DNA of 32,915 nucleotides from Candidatus Krumholzibacteriia bacterium (GCA_036351155.1 JAZBOO010000066.1:1-32915), one strand, 5' to 3'; positions 17,519 to 26,397 are shown, counted from the stretch's first letter. Notes: generated by a model from the sequence alone, not told the origin. Numbers and translations: made by a program.

Positions 17519-18536
17519 AGTTCACCTGGGTTTCTTCGGAGATTTCCAGCAACATGGACCACGTGGCTTCATCCAGATCCACACCCTCCCGGGCAATCCG
17601 AGCCACGTTCTCCAGTTCGGGTTCTCCCGCAAAGTAGATCCGGTCCACGCCGGTCATCTTCTGAGCACCGGTGACCTTCTGGTACAGCAACTCGATGTCG
17701 GCATCGAACTCCTCGCGCGGCCGGAACAGATCAGGCCGCATGACCTTGATCATGATGCCGTTGCCATCGACATAGCCATCGAAGGCCGAGCAACGGGCCC
17801 CGGTGAAGATCCCCGCCATGATTTCCACGATTCCACTCAGGGCCGACCCCTTGTGGCGGCCGATCGGGACGGTGGCGCCCCCCTCGAAAAAGGCCTGCGG
17901 GTTGTCGGTGAAGTGCCCATCCTTGTCCATGACCACCTTCTCGTCCAGCTGTACTCCCCGATTGCTGAACACCCGCAGATTGCCCTCGGTGACCGCCGAT
18001 GTCGCAAAATCCATGACCATGGTGCGCCCGTGGGCCGACGGCACCGCGAAGGCCACCGGATTGGTGCCGAACACCTTGTTGCGCGCCCCGTGGGCGGCCA
18101 CGTTGGGGCCGCCGCCATTGCACATCATCAGGGCCATCAGATCGTGTTCGGCCGCCATCTTCACGTAGTCGGACAGGCGGCCCACATGGTTGGAATTGAA
18201 GCCGGCCACCATGGCCAGACCCGTTTCCCGCGCCTTGGCCACCGCGGTGGTCATGGCCGTCTTGGCCACCACCTGGCCGAAAGCCCGTCGACCATCGACT
18301 CGCGCCACCGAAGGCAGATCCAGAACCACCTCGGGCACGGCCACCGGGTCCAGGATGCCGTTCTTGATCCCGTTGACGTACTGGCGCACCCGGCCCACAC
18401 CGTGCGACCCATAGCCGGCCAGCTCGGATTTGACCAGGAGTTCGGCCACCAGCTTCGCATGGTCGGGTGCGGCCCCCATGGCCTCGAAAATCCTGACCAC
18501 GTTCTTTTCCAGCACCGAGCTTTGGATACGCTTCAT
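17508..18536 (-). CDS. Ldh_2 family oxidoreductase (malate/L-lactate/L-sulfolactate/ureidoglycolate dehydrogenase-like)
   Basis: Start ATG 18536 (ATGA overlap). GYGSHGV, DGRRAFGQ, NSNHVGR, FGTNPVAF, DFATS and HKGSAL. Confidence 0.88.
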   Translation of the reverse strand: MKRIQSSVLEKNVVRIFEAMGAAPDHAKLVAELLVKSELAGYGSHGVGRVRQYVNGIKNGILDPVAVPEVVLDLPSVARVDGRRAFGQVVAKTAMTTAVAKARETGLAMVAGFNSNHVGRLSDYVKMAAEHDLMALMMCNGGGPNVAAHGARNKVFGTNPVAFAVPSAHGRTMVMDFATSAVTEGNLRVFSNRGVQLDEKVVMDKDGHFTDNPQAFFEGGATVPIGRHKGSALSGIVEIMAGIFTGARCSAFDGYVDGNGIMIKVMRPDLFRPREEFDADIELLYQKVTGAQKMTGVDRIYFAGEPELENVARIAREGVDLDEATWSMLLEISEETQVNFET

Positions 18537-19249
18537 GTCGTTTTTCCCTTTGCTGACGCCAGGAGAAACTCCGCCCGGGCCAGATCTTGTTGGCTGTCTA
18601 TGTCGACCACGTCGGCCTCGTCCATCTCGAGATGAACGATGCACGAACCGGAAATGGATCCCTGCTCCAGGATGGTGCGCGACCTGATCACATCCAGCAC
18701 ACCGTTGTGCCAGTAGACCGGAGGCAAATCCTGTCGGGGCATGTTGTATGACTCCACGCCCTCCAGCTGGGCAAAGGGGCGCATGAACTCCCCCTCCTTC
18801 TGCCAGAGCTTGTAGGGGGTGATCGGAGCGGGGTTGATGGTGCGCAGACAGTCGGCCTCGGGGAACTGCGCCAGTTTGACCAGGGCGCGATCGATCAGAT
18901 CCGAGGCCCGAAATGGCGACGTGGGCCTCAGGTGCACCACCAGATCTGCCCGATAGTCTTCGTGCTCGGTCAGCCAGTTCAGGGCATGCAGGAACACGGG
19001 ATAATCCACGGTGTCGTCCCGGGCCAGGTCGGCCGGGCGCAGAAAAGGGACCTCGGCACCGTGGAGGCGAGCCACCGAGGCAATTTCCTCGTCATCGGTC
19101 GAGACGATGGTGCGATCAACCAGCGGGCAGGCCAGGGAGGTCTCGATGGAATAGGCCAGCAAGGGCTTGCCGCCCAGGGGGACAATATTCTTCCGGGGAA
19201 TCCCCTTGGAGCCTCCCCTGGCCGGGATTATCGAGATGGTCCGGGACAT
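18533..19249 (-). CDS. Acylneuraminate cytidylyltransferase (NeuA/PseF family)
   Basis: IIPARGGSKGIPRKN, VSTDD, VPFLRP, LRPTSPFR, RQDLP and VDID. Confidence 0.92.
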   Translation of the reverse strand: MSRTISIIPARGGSKGIPRKNIVPLGGKPLLAYSIETSLACPLVDRTIVSTDDEEIASVARLHGAEVPFLRPADLARDDTVDYPVFLHALNWLTEHEDYRADLVVHLRPTSPFRASDLIDRALVKLAQFPEADCLRTINPAPITPYKLWQKEGEFMRPFAQLEGVESYNMPRQDLPPVYWHNGVLDVIRSRTILEQGSISGSCIVHLEMDEADVVDIDSQQDLARAEFLLASAKGKTT

Positions 19250-19258
19250 GGACTTCCT

Positions 19259-20641
19259 TTATTCGAGCAGATCATCCGGGTCAATGCTGCAACCCAGCTT
19301 CACGCCGCCAGCGAACAGCGCCTTCAACTCCCCATTGTCCGGAACAATCGCTTCCTTGTAAACAAGGTTCGTGACGGTCTTGCGGGGATCGTCGCCCACC
19401 ATCTCCGAAGCACGGAACCCGGCCCCTTGTTTCTGCTTGGCCCGCAAGAAATCCCCCACCTCTTGATCCACCGAGAAGGTGTTGGCCCAGCGGACATTCA
19501 GGCTGTAGAAACCATCCTCCTGGCGAAATCGAATGGTGTCCGGGACCGTGAAGACCTCATCGTTCTCCACCGCCTCGACCACCTCGGGCGGAACTTCCAG
19601 CTTGAAGTCGGTCGTGATGGCCTCGAACCCCTTGAACAGAGGGTCCTTGGCCTTCTTGTCGTTGTAATAGGCCTGGGAAGCGGAGGCACAGCCCGAGTTG
19701 CACACGTTGACGTACCGACACTTGTGGCACTCCTCGTACAGGAACGAGCCGTCGTGCCAGGCGGACATGTTCTGGAAGGCTTGCTTGATGCCGATCTCGA
19801 AAACATCCCCGTAGCTTGCCTCCTCATGGGTACAGGCGTGAGTGGCGCCAGTGGCGTTGATGACCATGCGGTTGCCCCTCTGAGCCGGGCACCCCCGCCC
19901 CACGAAATCCTTGTATTTTTCGAGGTCGCCCAGGAGGCAAAGCGGGTAGCTGATGAGGGTGCCGATGGCGATGCCGAAATCATCGCGCGCCCGCACCATC
20001 TCATCCAGGGCGGCAATCGCCGCCTCCTGTCCCAGCTTGCGATCGGTTTCCGAAAAAACCAGGTCCCGGATCGACGGGACCAGACGGGTGGCAAACAGCT
20101 TCTGCACCCCGAGTTCGGAACATAGTCGGGCCGTTTCGTAGATGTCGTTCCGGTTGGCGTCCGAAATGATCATGTTCACGCTGACGCGCACACCTTCGGC
20201 AATGGTCACCTTGATGCCCTTGATGATGTCCGCCAGGGCCCCCTTCTTGTTGACCATGTAGTCGTTGACCTCGGCGTTGGCGCTGTTGAGGCTGGTCAAC
20301 ACGTGGTCCAGGCCCACGGCCTTGAGTTCACGGATCCGCTGGGTGGTGATGGGCATCAGGTTGGAATTGACGCTGGTGGAGATCCCCTCCTCCTGCAGGC
20401 GCTTCAGGGCGAACTTCAGGATCTGGTAATTGGCCAGGGGCTCTCCGCCGGACAGCACCACATGAAAGACTTCGGCTTCGACCATCATGTCAATCAGCCG
20501 GGACATCCGTTCCTCGGTCAACTTGACGGGCTTGGGCCCGTCGTCCTGACGCCAGAAATTGTAGCAATGGCGGCAGGTCAGATTGCAGGCCTCGGTGATC
20601 TCGAGATTGATCATGACCGGGGCTTGGAGAACTCTATTCAA
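19259..20641 (-). CDS. Radical SAM/SPASM domain protein with C-terminal extension
   Basis: CNLTCRHC (CX3CX2C), SGGEP, and SPASM cysteines CPAQRG...ACTH...CHKCRYVNVCNSGC. Confidence 0.9.
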   Translation of the reverse strand: MNRVLQAPVMINLEITEACNLTCRHCYNFWRQDDGPKPVKLTEERMSRLIDMMVEAEVFHVVLSGGEPLANYQILKFALKRLQEEGISTSVNSNLMPITTQRIRELKAVGLDHVLTSLNSANAEVNDYMVNKKGALADIIKGIKVTIAEGVRVSVNMIISDANRNDIYETARLCSELGVQKLFATRLVPSIRDLVFSETDRKLGQEAAIAALDEMVRARDDFGIAIGTLISYPLCLLGDLEKYKDFVGRGCPAQRGNRMVINATGATHACTHEEASYGDVFEIGIKQAFQNMSAWHDGSFLYEECHKCRYVNVCNSGCASASQAYYNDKKAKDPLFKGFEAITTDFKLEVPPEVVEAVENDEVFTVPDTIRFRQEDGFYSLNVRWANTFSVDQEVGDFLRAKQKQGAGFRASEMVGDDPRKTVTNLVYKEAIVPDNGELKALFAGGVKLGCSIDPDDLLE

Positions 20642-20643
20642 AA

Positions 20644-21609
20644 TCAGACTCCTGATCTTTGCGCATGCAGTTCGAGGGAGGTCGGCGGTAACATGCCGTT
20701 CTTGATCATGTAGGCGTCCAGGGACTTCAGCATCCGGGCCAGATCGTAGCGGTGATCACCGCGCAGGCCACCCAGCAACTTGTCCGTGAATGCGTCGCTG
20801 TGCTCTTCCTCGACGATGGTCAGATGGGCCTCGACCGCCGCCTTGATGTCTTCGATGCTGTCGATGCTGTTATCCATTTCCGACTGGTGATGCTCACCTT
20901 CGTAGGTGTACTCCTCAAATATTTTAGTGATGTTTTCTTCAATGCGCTTCTCATCCCAGGGATCAGCCATTTTCAATGAGAAAGGCTCCCAGGTGGGCAA
21001 GACCAGCCGCAGCACGGCCGCCATCAGCGCGGAATCCTGATTGAAATGGGATCGCACCGGTTCACTGATCAGAAGGTGACCGCCCGGTTTCAGAAGAGCG
21101 TGGGTTTTCTCCATGACCTGGTGGATATCCGGAAAATGGTGCAACGACCGAAAAAAGACCACGCTGTCGAAGCTGGCGTCTTCCCATTCCTGTTCGCCGA
21201 AATCGGCGCAGATGTAGTTCAGCCGCCCAAAACCCTCGGTGAACGGATTGCTTTCCCTGAACCGGTCGGCCACCTCGATACTCACCGGTGACAGGTCCAC
21301 GCCGGTCACGTCCAGCCCGTGGCGCGCCATCTCCAGGGACAGCATGCCACACCCACAACCCAGTTCCAGGACCCTGCCGCCTTGCTGGGCGGCCAGATCC
21401 ACGATCTTCTGAATGCGCGGCTGCCAGTGCAGCAGCGCCATCTCCGGGTCACGCCAGACATTGTTGTAGAACCAGTCCACCTGGGCCAGCCTTCTCAGAT
21501 CCGGCACAAAGCCATGGGCCAGGCGTTCCCGCGTCTGGGCGTCGAATTCCAGGGCTTCTTTGGCTTTCTGTTCGGCGCTTGCTTCACCGCGGTCGGCAGC
21601 ACTCATCAT
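20644..21609 (-). CDS. Class I SAM-dependent methyltransferase
   Basis: VLELGCGCG, GVDLS, FDSVVFFRSLHH and LLKPGG. Confidence 0.88.
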   Translation of the reverse strand: MMSAADRGEASAEQKAKEALEFDAQTRERLAHGFVPDLRRLAQVDWFYNNVWRDPEMALLHWQPRIQKIVDLAAQQGGRVLELGCGCGMLSLEMARHGLDVTGVDLSPVSIEVADRFRESNPFTEGFGRLNYICADFGEQEWEDASFDSVVFFRSLHHFPDIHQVMEKTHALLKPGGHLLISEPVRSHFNQDSALMAAVLRLVLPTWEPFSLKMADPWDEKRIEENITKIFEEYTYEGEHHQSEMDNSIDSIEDIKAAVEAHLTIVEEEHSDAFTDKLLGGLRGDHRYDLARMLKSLDAYMIKNGMLPPTSLELHAQRSGV

Positions 21610-23588
21610 CAGCCTCCAGTACGGATCTCGGGTTCACCATGGCGCACGAGTTCCATTCCGATGTGCCAGTCCAGACACCAGGGTTCATCCCGGCCCACGA
21701 AGGTTTCATCAATTTCCTGGGCGCTGTAACGCAAACGAAGAAAATAACTTCCACCCCGCACCCTTTCGAACCGGAGGGTGGGAATCAGTGCCGAAACTGC
21801 GGGGTCATGTCTGATCACCAGATCATACTTTCCATCTCCGATCGTGACCACACCCTCCGTCGCCCCCAGCCCTCCCTTGGCCGAAACCAGTGTCGAATAG
21901 GACGCCCCATGGTGGACGGTGGCCCCGGACAGGGAGAACGACTCCTCGCTGAGGCCCCCGTTGTGCGTGCGATACTCGAGACTTTCCGGACGGAACAAAC
22001 CGGGGATCACCGTCAGGTGGAAAGGATGAATCTCCCCCGGCTGCCGTCTGGGGAGTTCGAGATGGCCGGCCAGGATGATCTCGGGCCGATGAGCGGCCAG
22101 CCCCACCGTCTTGGACACCTTCAGGTCCCCGTCCTGGATCTCGGCGCGCGCCAGCAAGGCCCCATCCGGTCGCCGGAAAAGAGTGGTCGTCTGACCGCAG
22201 GATTGCAGGTCCGTCAACTTCGGCTGACCCGGGTACTGCACGACCACATGACCGGTGAAAAAGTCGGCACCGAAAGCAATGTCGTCGAAGTATCCGTGGG
22301 GCAGGGTACCCAGCGGGGGTTGGCCCTCGGTCCCGGGAAAAACAGCGGACCTCAGGGCCAGCCCCCGGGCCAGATCCAGGGTCAACACCACCCCGGCGTT
22401 TTCGAGTACCAGGTGCCGCTGGTCGGGATCGAAATCCAGGACCTGGAGATGGCCCTCCGTGTCCCGCCCCTCCGGCTCAGATTCTGCCCACAGGGACTGG
22501 CGAAAGGAATCCCACCTCGGCGCGGTGATGTGCGTGCGAAAGTCGGAAGACCAGTGCCACAGCAGATCGCGCCAGTCGGCCAGGGGGACAGGATCGATGA
22601 CCGCCCTGGTCAGCTGTCGGGCCCGTCGGTAACAGGCGGTATTGATTTCCAGATCACCCCGACCGGTGACGGCCCAGCGGTTCAGGTTGTATTTTTCCTG
22701 CTTCTTGACCACCACCGGTTGCCGCGCGCATTCCAGCCGCAGAGGCAAACCGCAAACCCGAGAAGGCTCCTCGGTCAACGCCGCCCCCAGTGTGGTCATT
22801 TGAATGTCGTCACGCTCTGCCAGGGACTTCAGGCCGGCCCTGATGGCCTGCCACTCTCCTTCCGGCGCCGGCCGACCCTCCTGGGCATAACGTCCCGGCC
22901 GAAAATCAAAGACCTCGGCATCGCTCCCGTAAAGGGTGGCGTAACGGGTGGTGTCCAGGGATGTCCGCGCTCGGGCTGCCCAGTGAGCCACCCATTCCTC
23001 TCGCTCCAGCTGACCGTGGGCCAGCCGCTGGAATTTCTGGAAATCGATGGTGTCCACCCACACGACAGGGAGGGCCGTCCCCTCACAACCCAGGGCCTTT
23101 TGATGGTGATACCGCAGTTCGGTTTCCCATTCCGGATGCCCCTTCCAGGTGTTGTTCCACTCCATGACCAGGGCTGTGGCCCCCACCGCGGCATACAGTT
23201 CGGGCAGCCCCCCACTGTATGCCATCTCGTTCACCAGCCAGATTTCCGGACGGTGACCCAGAAGGGACTCGTAAACCTCCATCCCTCGCGTCAGGTTGGC
23301 TTGATTGACCGTTCCGGGCACCAGCGGGGCAATGATCTGGCTATAACCGCTCCCGATAAATTCCACCACACCCTGCGCGAGGTGCGCCTTCAGTTTCGCC
23401 GTCCAGCCAGGGTCCAGGCAGTCAATCATTTCCAGGGTCAGGGCCGTTGCTTCCAGGGAAACAGGAAACGTCGGGCTGGCCAGATCCAGCAAGGGATGAT
23501 AGCACCGCCGGATGACCTCGGGTCGGGCCTCCTCGGGGATGGACGAGTACATGAGGTTCAGGTGAAAAAAGCTGGCCAGATTCAGCAT
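21609..23588 (-). CDS. Glycoside hydrolase family 57-like protein
   Basis: Start reassigned to ATG 23588 (MLNLASFFHLNLMYSSIPEE). CYHPLL, EFIGSGYSQIIAPL, NEMAYS and YGSDAEVF fit the GH57 conserved regions. Confidence 0.7.
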   Translation of the reverse strand: MLNLASFFHLNLMYSSIPEEARPEVIRRCYHPLLDLASPTFPVSLEATALTLEMIDCLDPGWTAKLKAHLAQGVVEFIGSGYSQIIAPLVPGTVNQANLTRGMEVYESLLGHRPEIWLVNEMAYSGGLPELYAAVGATALVMEWNNTWKGHPEWETELRYHHQKALGCEGTALPVVWVDTIDFQKFQRLAHGQLEREEWVAHWAARARTSLDTTRYATLYGSDAEVFDFRPGRYAQEGRPAPEGEWQAIRAGLKSLAERDDIQMTTLGAALTEEPSRVCGLPLRLECARQPVVVKKQEKYNLNRWAVTGRGDLEINTACYRRARQLTRAVIDPVPLADWRDLLWHWSSDFRTHITAPRWDSFRQSLWAESEPEGRDTEGHLQVLDFDPDQRHLVLENAGVVLTLDLARGLALRSAVFPGTEGQPPLGTLPHGYFDDIAFGADFFTGHVVVQYPGQPKLTDLQSCGQTTTLFRRPDGALLARAEIQDGDLKVSKTVGLAAHRPEIILAGHLELPRRQPGEIHPFHLTVIPGLFRPESLEYRTHNGGLSEESFSLSGATVHHGASYSTLVSAKGGLGATEGVVTIGDGKYDLVIRHDPAVSALIPTLRFERVRGGSYFLRLRYSAQEIDETFVGRDEPWCLDWHIGMELVRHGEPEIRTGG

Positions 23589-25486
23589 GCGCCATCCTTC
23601 GGGAGGTGCTTTTGATTCAACAGTCCGACCACCAGCTCGGCTGCACGGTCCGCACCTTGGCCATCCACCTGTTGCCGACCGGCTTCTGCCAGTGACTGCC
23701 TGGCATCGGGCCGGCCCCAGAGATCCGCAAGCGCCTGGGCCAGAGTGGAATCCCCGACTTCCGCCTGGTAACCCAAATTGGCCACTGAGCCACTTTCCAC
23801 CAGATGAGCCACCTGCACCGCATCCTCGGCATAGTTGGCCAGAACGGCCGTAGGCACGCCCAGAACCTGTGCCTCGGCAATGGTCACGCCCATGGCGGTG
23901 ACCAGCAACCCAACCCCGGGCAAGATACTTTCCAGGGGGTCTCCCATGTCCAGCAACCGCACGCGGGACTGGGCCAGTTCCGGGCTGGGCCACACTTTCC
24001 GATGGCGCGCAAAGCCCGGACCGACAACCACCTCCACCTCCAGGGTCTCCGCCAGGTTTTCAGGAAGCGCAGCCAGGGCCCGGACCGTCTTTTCGGTGAG
24101 CATAAACGGATCCTCGCCTCCGAAGCTGATCACCAGGCGCTTGCCGGGTATCGGGGCCTTGTCCGGCCGCAACCGGGTGATGTCACGGCGCACCAGCAGG
24201 TAATCAGGCCCCCCGAAGAAATGCGGCAAGTCCCGCTCCGGGTGCCAACCGAAGCTGGGAATGATACCCAGATGGGCCTCGGAGCAATCCGGCCGATCAA
24301 TCACCACCGTGGCGACACCATGTCGCTTCAGTCCCTCCACCAGTTCGCCACAGGGCTCCTTGCGGTCCAGGACACAGAGGGCAGGGTTCAGGTTCTGCAA
24401 GCGTTCCAGGGTAGGGGGGGCCCCGTGTCCCACAAAGCCGTGCCGGGCCAGCATCCTGTTCGCGTCACCCGAGTCTGGCACAACAAACTCGGCCCGGAAA
24501 CCATGGCCATCCCTCAGGGCCTCGGCCAGGGCCACCAAGCGCGCCACATGCCCCAGACCCGGTCCACCGGCGACCAGCAGGACCAGAGGTGCTGGTTTCT
24601 CCGGTTCCCGTTCCCGGGCCCAGGCCGTGCGAATGCTCCGGATGGGCCGCAAACCGTCGATCGGGTCGGCACGCCACAGACGTTCCTCTTGCTCCGATGC
24701 CGTGGCCGCCAGTTCGGATGACCCATCACAATCCGGTGGCCCCGCAAAAACCTCGCCCCGAATGACGGGGGCGACATCTTCCGGCAACCAGCAATGGCCG
24801 CCGGTAAATTCGTCGCCCAGCCCTTCCAGATCGAAATGGAATTCGATCACCTCGGCTCCCCAGTGGTGAATTGCCCGGGAGATCACTCCCGGATTCACCG
24901 AGTGATCCGACCAGCCCAGAGCGGTGGTGACACCATCTCCGGGCAGGTGTTTTCGCAGGCTGCCCAGGGCCGCCAGGTGACAATGGGTCGGATCCACGGG
25001 GTAGTTGCTGACACAGTGGAAAACCGTCAGGTCCCGGCAACCCGAGGTTACCGCGGTTTCCAGAGCCTGGACGATTTCCGCTTCGTCGGCCATTCCGGAG
25101 GACATCATCAGGGGCAAGCCGGTAGAGGCACAGCGGGCCACCAGGTCCAGCCAGGGAAGTTCGTACGAGGCAATCTTGAGAAAATCGACATGCGGCTCCA
25201 GGCGGGCCACGGCATCGAGATCGAAGGGGGTGCAACCAAAGGCCAACCCTTGCCGTCGCGCAGCATCAGCCAGGTCAGGCAAAAAGTGCAAAGGCAGTTC
25301 CCAGCGGCGGCGATCGCGATGACGAGCACTGGCCTGAAGAACCTCCGGGGCAAACAGTTGTTCGATCCTGAACAGCTGGAACTTCACCCCCCAGCACCCA
25401 CAGTCGGCGGCGGCGCAAATCAGTTCGAGGCAACGACGCTTGTCGCCGTTGTGATTGCTGGAAATTTCCGCAATGAAGCGGGTCAT
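23582..25486 (-). CDS. NeuB/PseI-family nonulosonic acid synthase fused to a PseG/SpsG-like GT-B hydrolase, 634 aa
   Basis: Start ATG 25486 with AAGGA RBS. FIAEISSNHNG, VKFQ, TPFD, KIASYE, HCVSNYP and GWSDHS (NeuB). Then GLGHVARLVALA, ISFGGED, VVVGPGF and VDGQGADR (PseG-like). Confidence 0.85.
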   Translation of the reverse strand: MTRFIAEISSNHNGDKRRCLELICAAADCGCWGVKFQLFRIEQLFAPEVLQASARHRDRRRWELPLHFLPDLADAARRQGLAFGCTPFDLDAVARLEPHVDFLKIASYELPWLDLVARCASTGLPLMMSSGMADEAEIVQALETAVTSGCRDLTVFHCVSNYPVDPTHCHLAALGSLRKHLPGDGVTTALGWSDHSVNPGVISRAIHHWGAEVIEFHFDLEGLGDEFTGGHCWLPEDVAPVIRGEVFAGPPDCDGSSELAATASEQEERLWRADPIDGLRPIRSIRTAWAREREPEKPAPLVLLVAGGPGLGHVARLVALAEALRDGHGFRAEFVVPDSGDANRMLARHGFVGHGAPPTLERLQNLNPALCVLDRKEPCGELVEGLKRHGVATVVIDRPDCSEAHLGIIPSFGWHPERDLPHFFGGPDYLLVRRDITRLRPDKAPIPGKRLVISFGGEDPFMLTEKTVRALAALPENLAETLEVEVVVGPGFARHRKVWPSPELAQSRVRLLDMGDPLESILPGVGLLVTAMGVTIAEAQVLGVPTAVLANYAEDAVQVAHLVESGSVANLGYQAEVGDSTLAQALADLWGRPDARQSLAEAGRQQVDGQGADRAAELVVGLLNQKHLPKDGAC

Positions 25487-25519
25487 GCCCCGTCCTTTCC
25501 GGCCGTGAAGATTGGCCAC

Positions 25520-25548
25520 AGGATGACGGGAATCCCACCGGGGCGCAA
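25520..25548 (-). promoter_or_regulatory. Weak putative sigma70 promoter of the 11-gene minus-strand operon
   Basis: Minus strand TTGCGC-17 nt-CATCCT, about 33 nt upstream of ATG 25486. Confidence 0.3.
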
Positions 25549-25607
25549 GAGTGGCTTTCCGCATGGCGCCAAAACCCCTGGCATTGGCCTGATCTGAGCA
25601 TTGAACC

Positions 25608-25624
25608 CTGGCATTCCCTTTGCT
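25608..25624 (+). promoter_or_regulatory. sigma54 (-24/-12) promoter of the spsF-like/maf operon
   Basis: CTGGCATTCCCTTTGCT matches YTGGCANNNNNNTTGCW with exact spacing, about 40 nt upstream of the cytidylyltransferase. Confidence 0.7.
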
Positions 25625-25665
25625 AGGTTGACCCAGGAGCAGCCCCCGCATGAAAGACGGATCTC

Positions 25666-26397
25666 TTGACCCAGACGCCTGGCCCCAGCCCTTTGGCCGT
25701 GATCATTGTTCAAGCCCGCATGGGTTCACATCGCTTGCCCGGCAAGATGATGGCCAACCTGGCGGGACATCCCCTCATCTGGCATATCCTTCAGCGTGCG
25801 TGCTGTGTGCGCCCCGGTCTGCCGGTGGTCCTGGCCACCACCGAGCACCCCCGCGACCTGGTCCTGGTGCAGGAAGCGGAGAATCTGGGGATCGCTGTGG
25901 TCCGAGGCAGCGAGGATGATGTCCTGGGCCGTTTTCTCCAGGTGCTCCAGATTTTTCCCGCCCGCTGGGTGGTGCGGATATGTGGCGACTCCCCGCTGTT
26001 CGACCCGGCTTTCCTGAACCGATGCCTGACCCGGGCCGAGAGCGAGCAGGCTGATGTGGTGAAATTCAAGGGAGACCAGCCTTCACTTTTCCAGGGAGGG
26101 GAGGTTGTTTCGGCCCGATCGCTTCGCTTTTCCCGGGAATCCGCCGGAGGCGACCCCCTGGCCACCGAACATGTGACCGCCTGGGCCATGAAGAACGCCC
26201 CGCAGTACCCCGAGGAGATCAAGACCACCTGGCTGGACCCCGTGCCCGACATGATGCAAGGGACCAAGCTCTCCATCGACACGCCGCAGGATCTGGAAAA
26301 CCTGAGGGACCTTTACTCCGACCTCCATGATGGCCAGAACATTGTCGACCTGGAACAGGCCGCCGCCTGGATCGCACGCAAAGGCTGGCGTTCATGA
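25666..26397 (+). CDS. SpsF-like cytidylyltransferase (CMP-Kdo/NeuA superfamily)
   Basis: IIVQARMGSHRLPGKMM, RGSEDDVLGRF, VRICGDSP, EHVT and LSIDTPQD. Exact start (TTG) is uncertain. Confidence 0.85.
   Translation: MTQTPGPSPLAVIIVQARMGSHRLPGKMMANLAGHPLIWHILQRACCVRPGLPVVLATTEHPRDLVLVQEAENLGIAVVRGSEDDVLGRFLQVLQIFPARWVVRICGDSPLFDPAFLNRCLTRAESEQADVVKFKGDQPSLFQGGEVVSARSLRFSRESAGGDPLATEHVTAWAMKNAPQYPEEIKTTWLDPVPDMMQGTKLSIDTPQDLENLRDLYSDLHDGQNIVDLEQAAAWIARKGWRS

Noticed and set aside
15191..17674. 827-aa plus-strand ORF
   Set aside because: It lies antisense to four motif-supported genes and has no domain signature or RBS.
21288..23615. 775-aa plus-strand ORF
   Set aside because: It is an antisense shadow of the GH57 and methyltransferase genes, with low-information Pro/Arg/Gly-rich composition.
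24414..24420. G7 homopolymer in the PseG-like domain as a phase-variation tract
   Set aside because: It is too short, the gene is in frame, and such runs are expected at this GC content. I saw no longer G/C tracts in the island.
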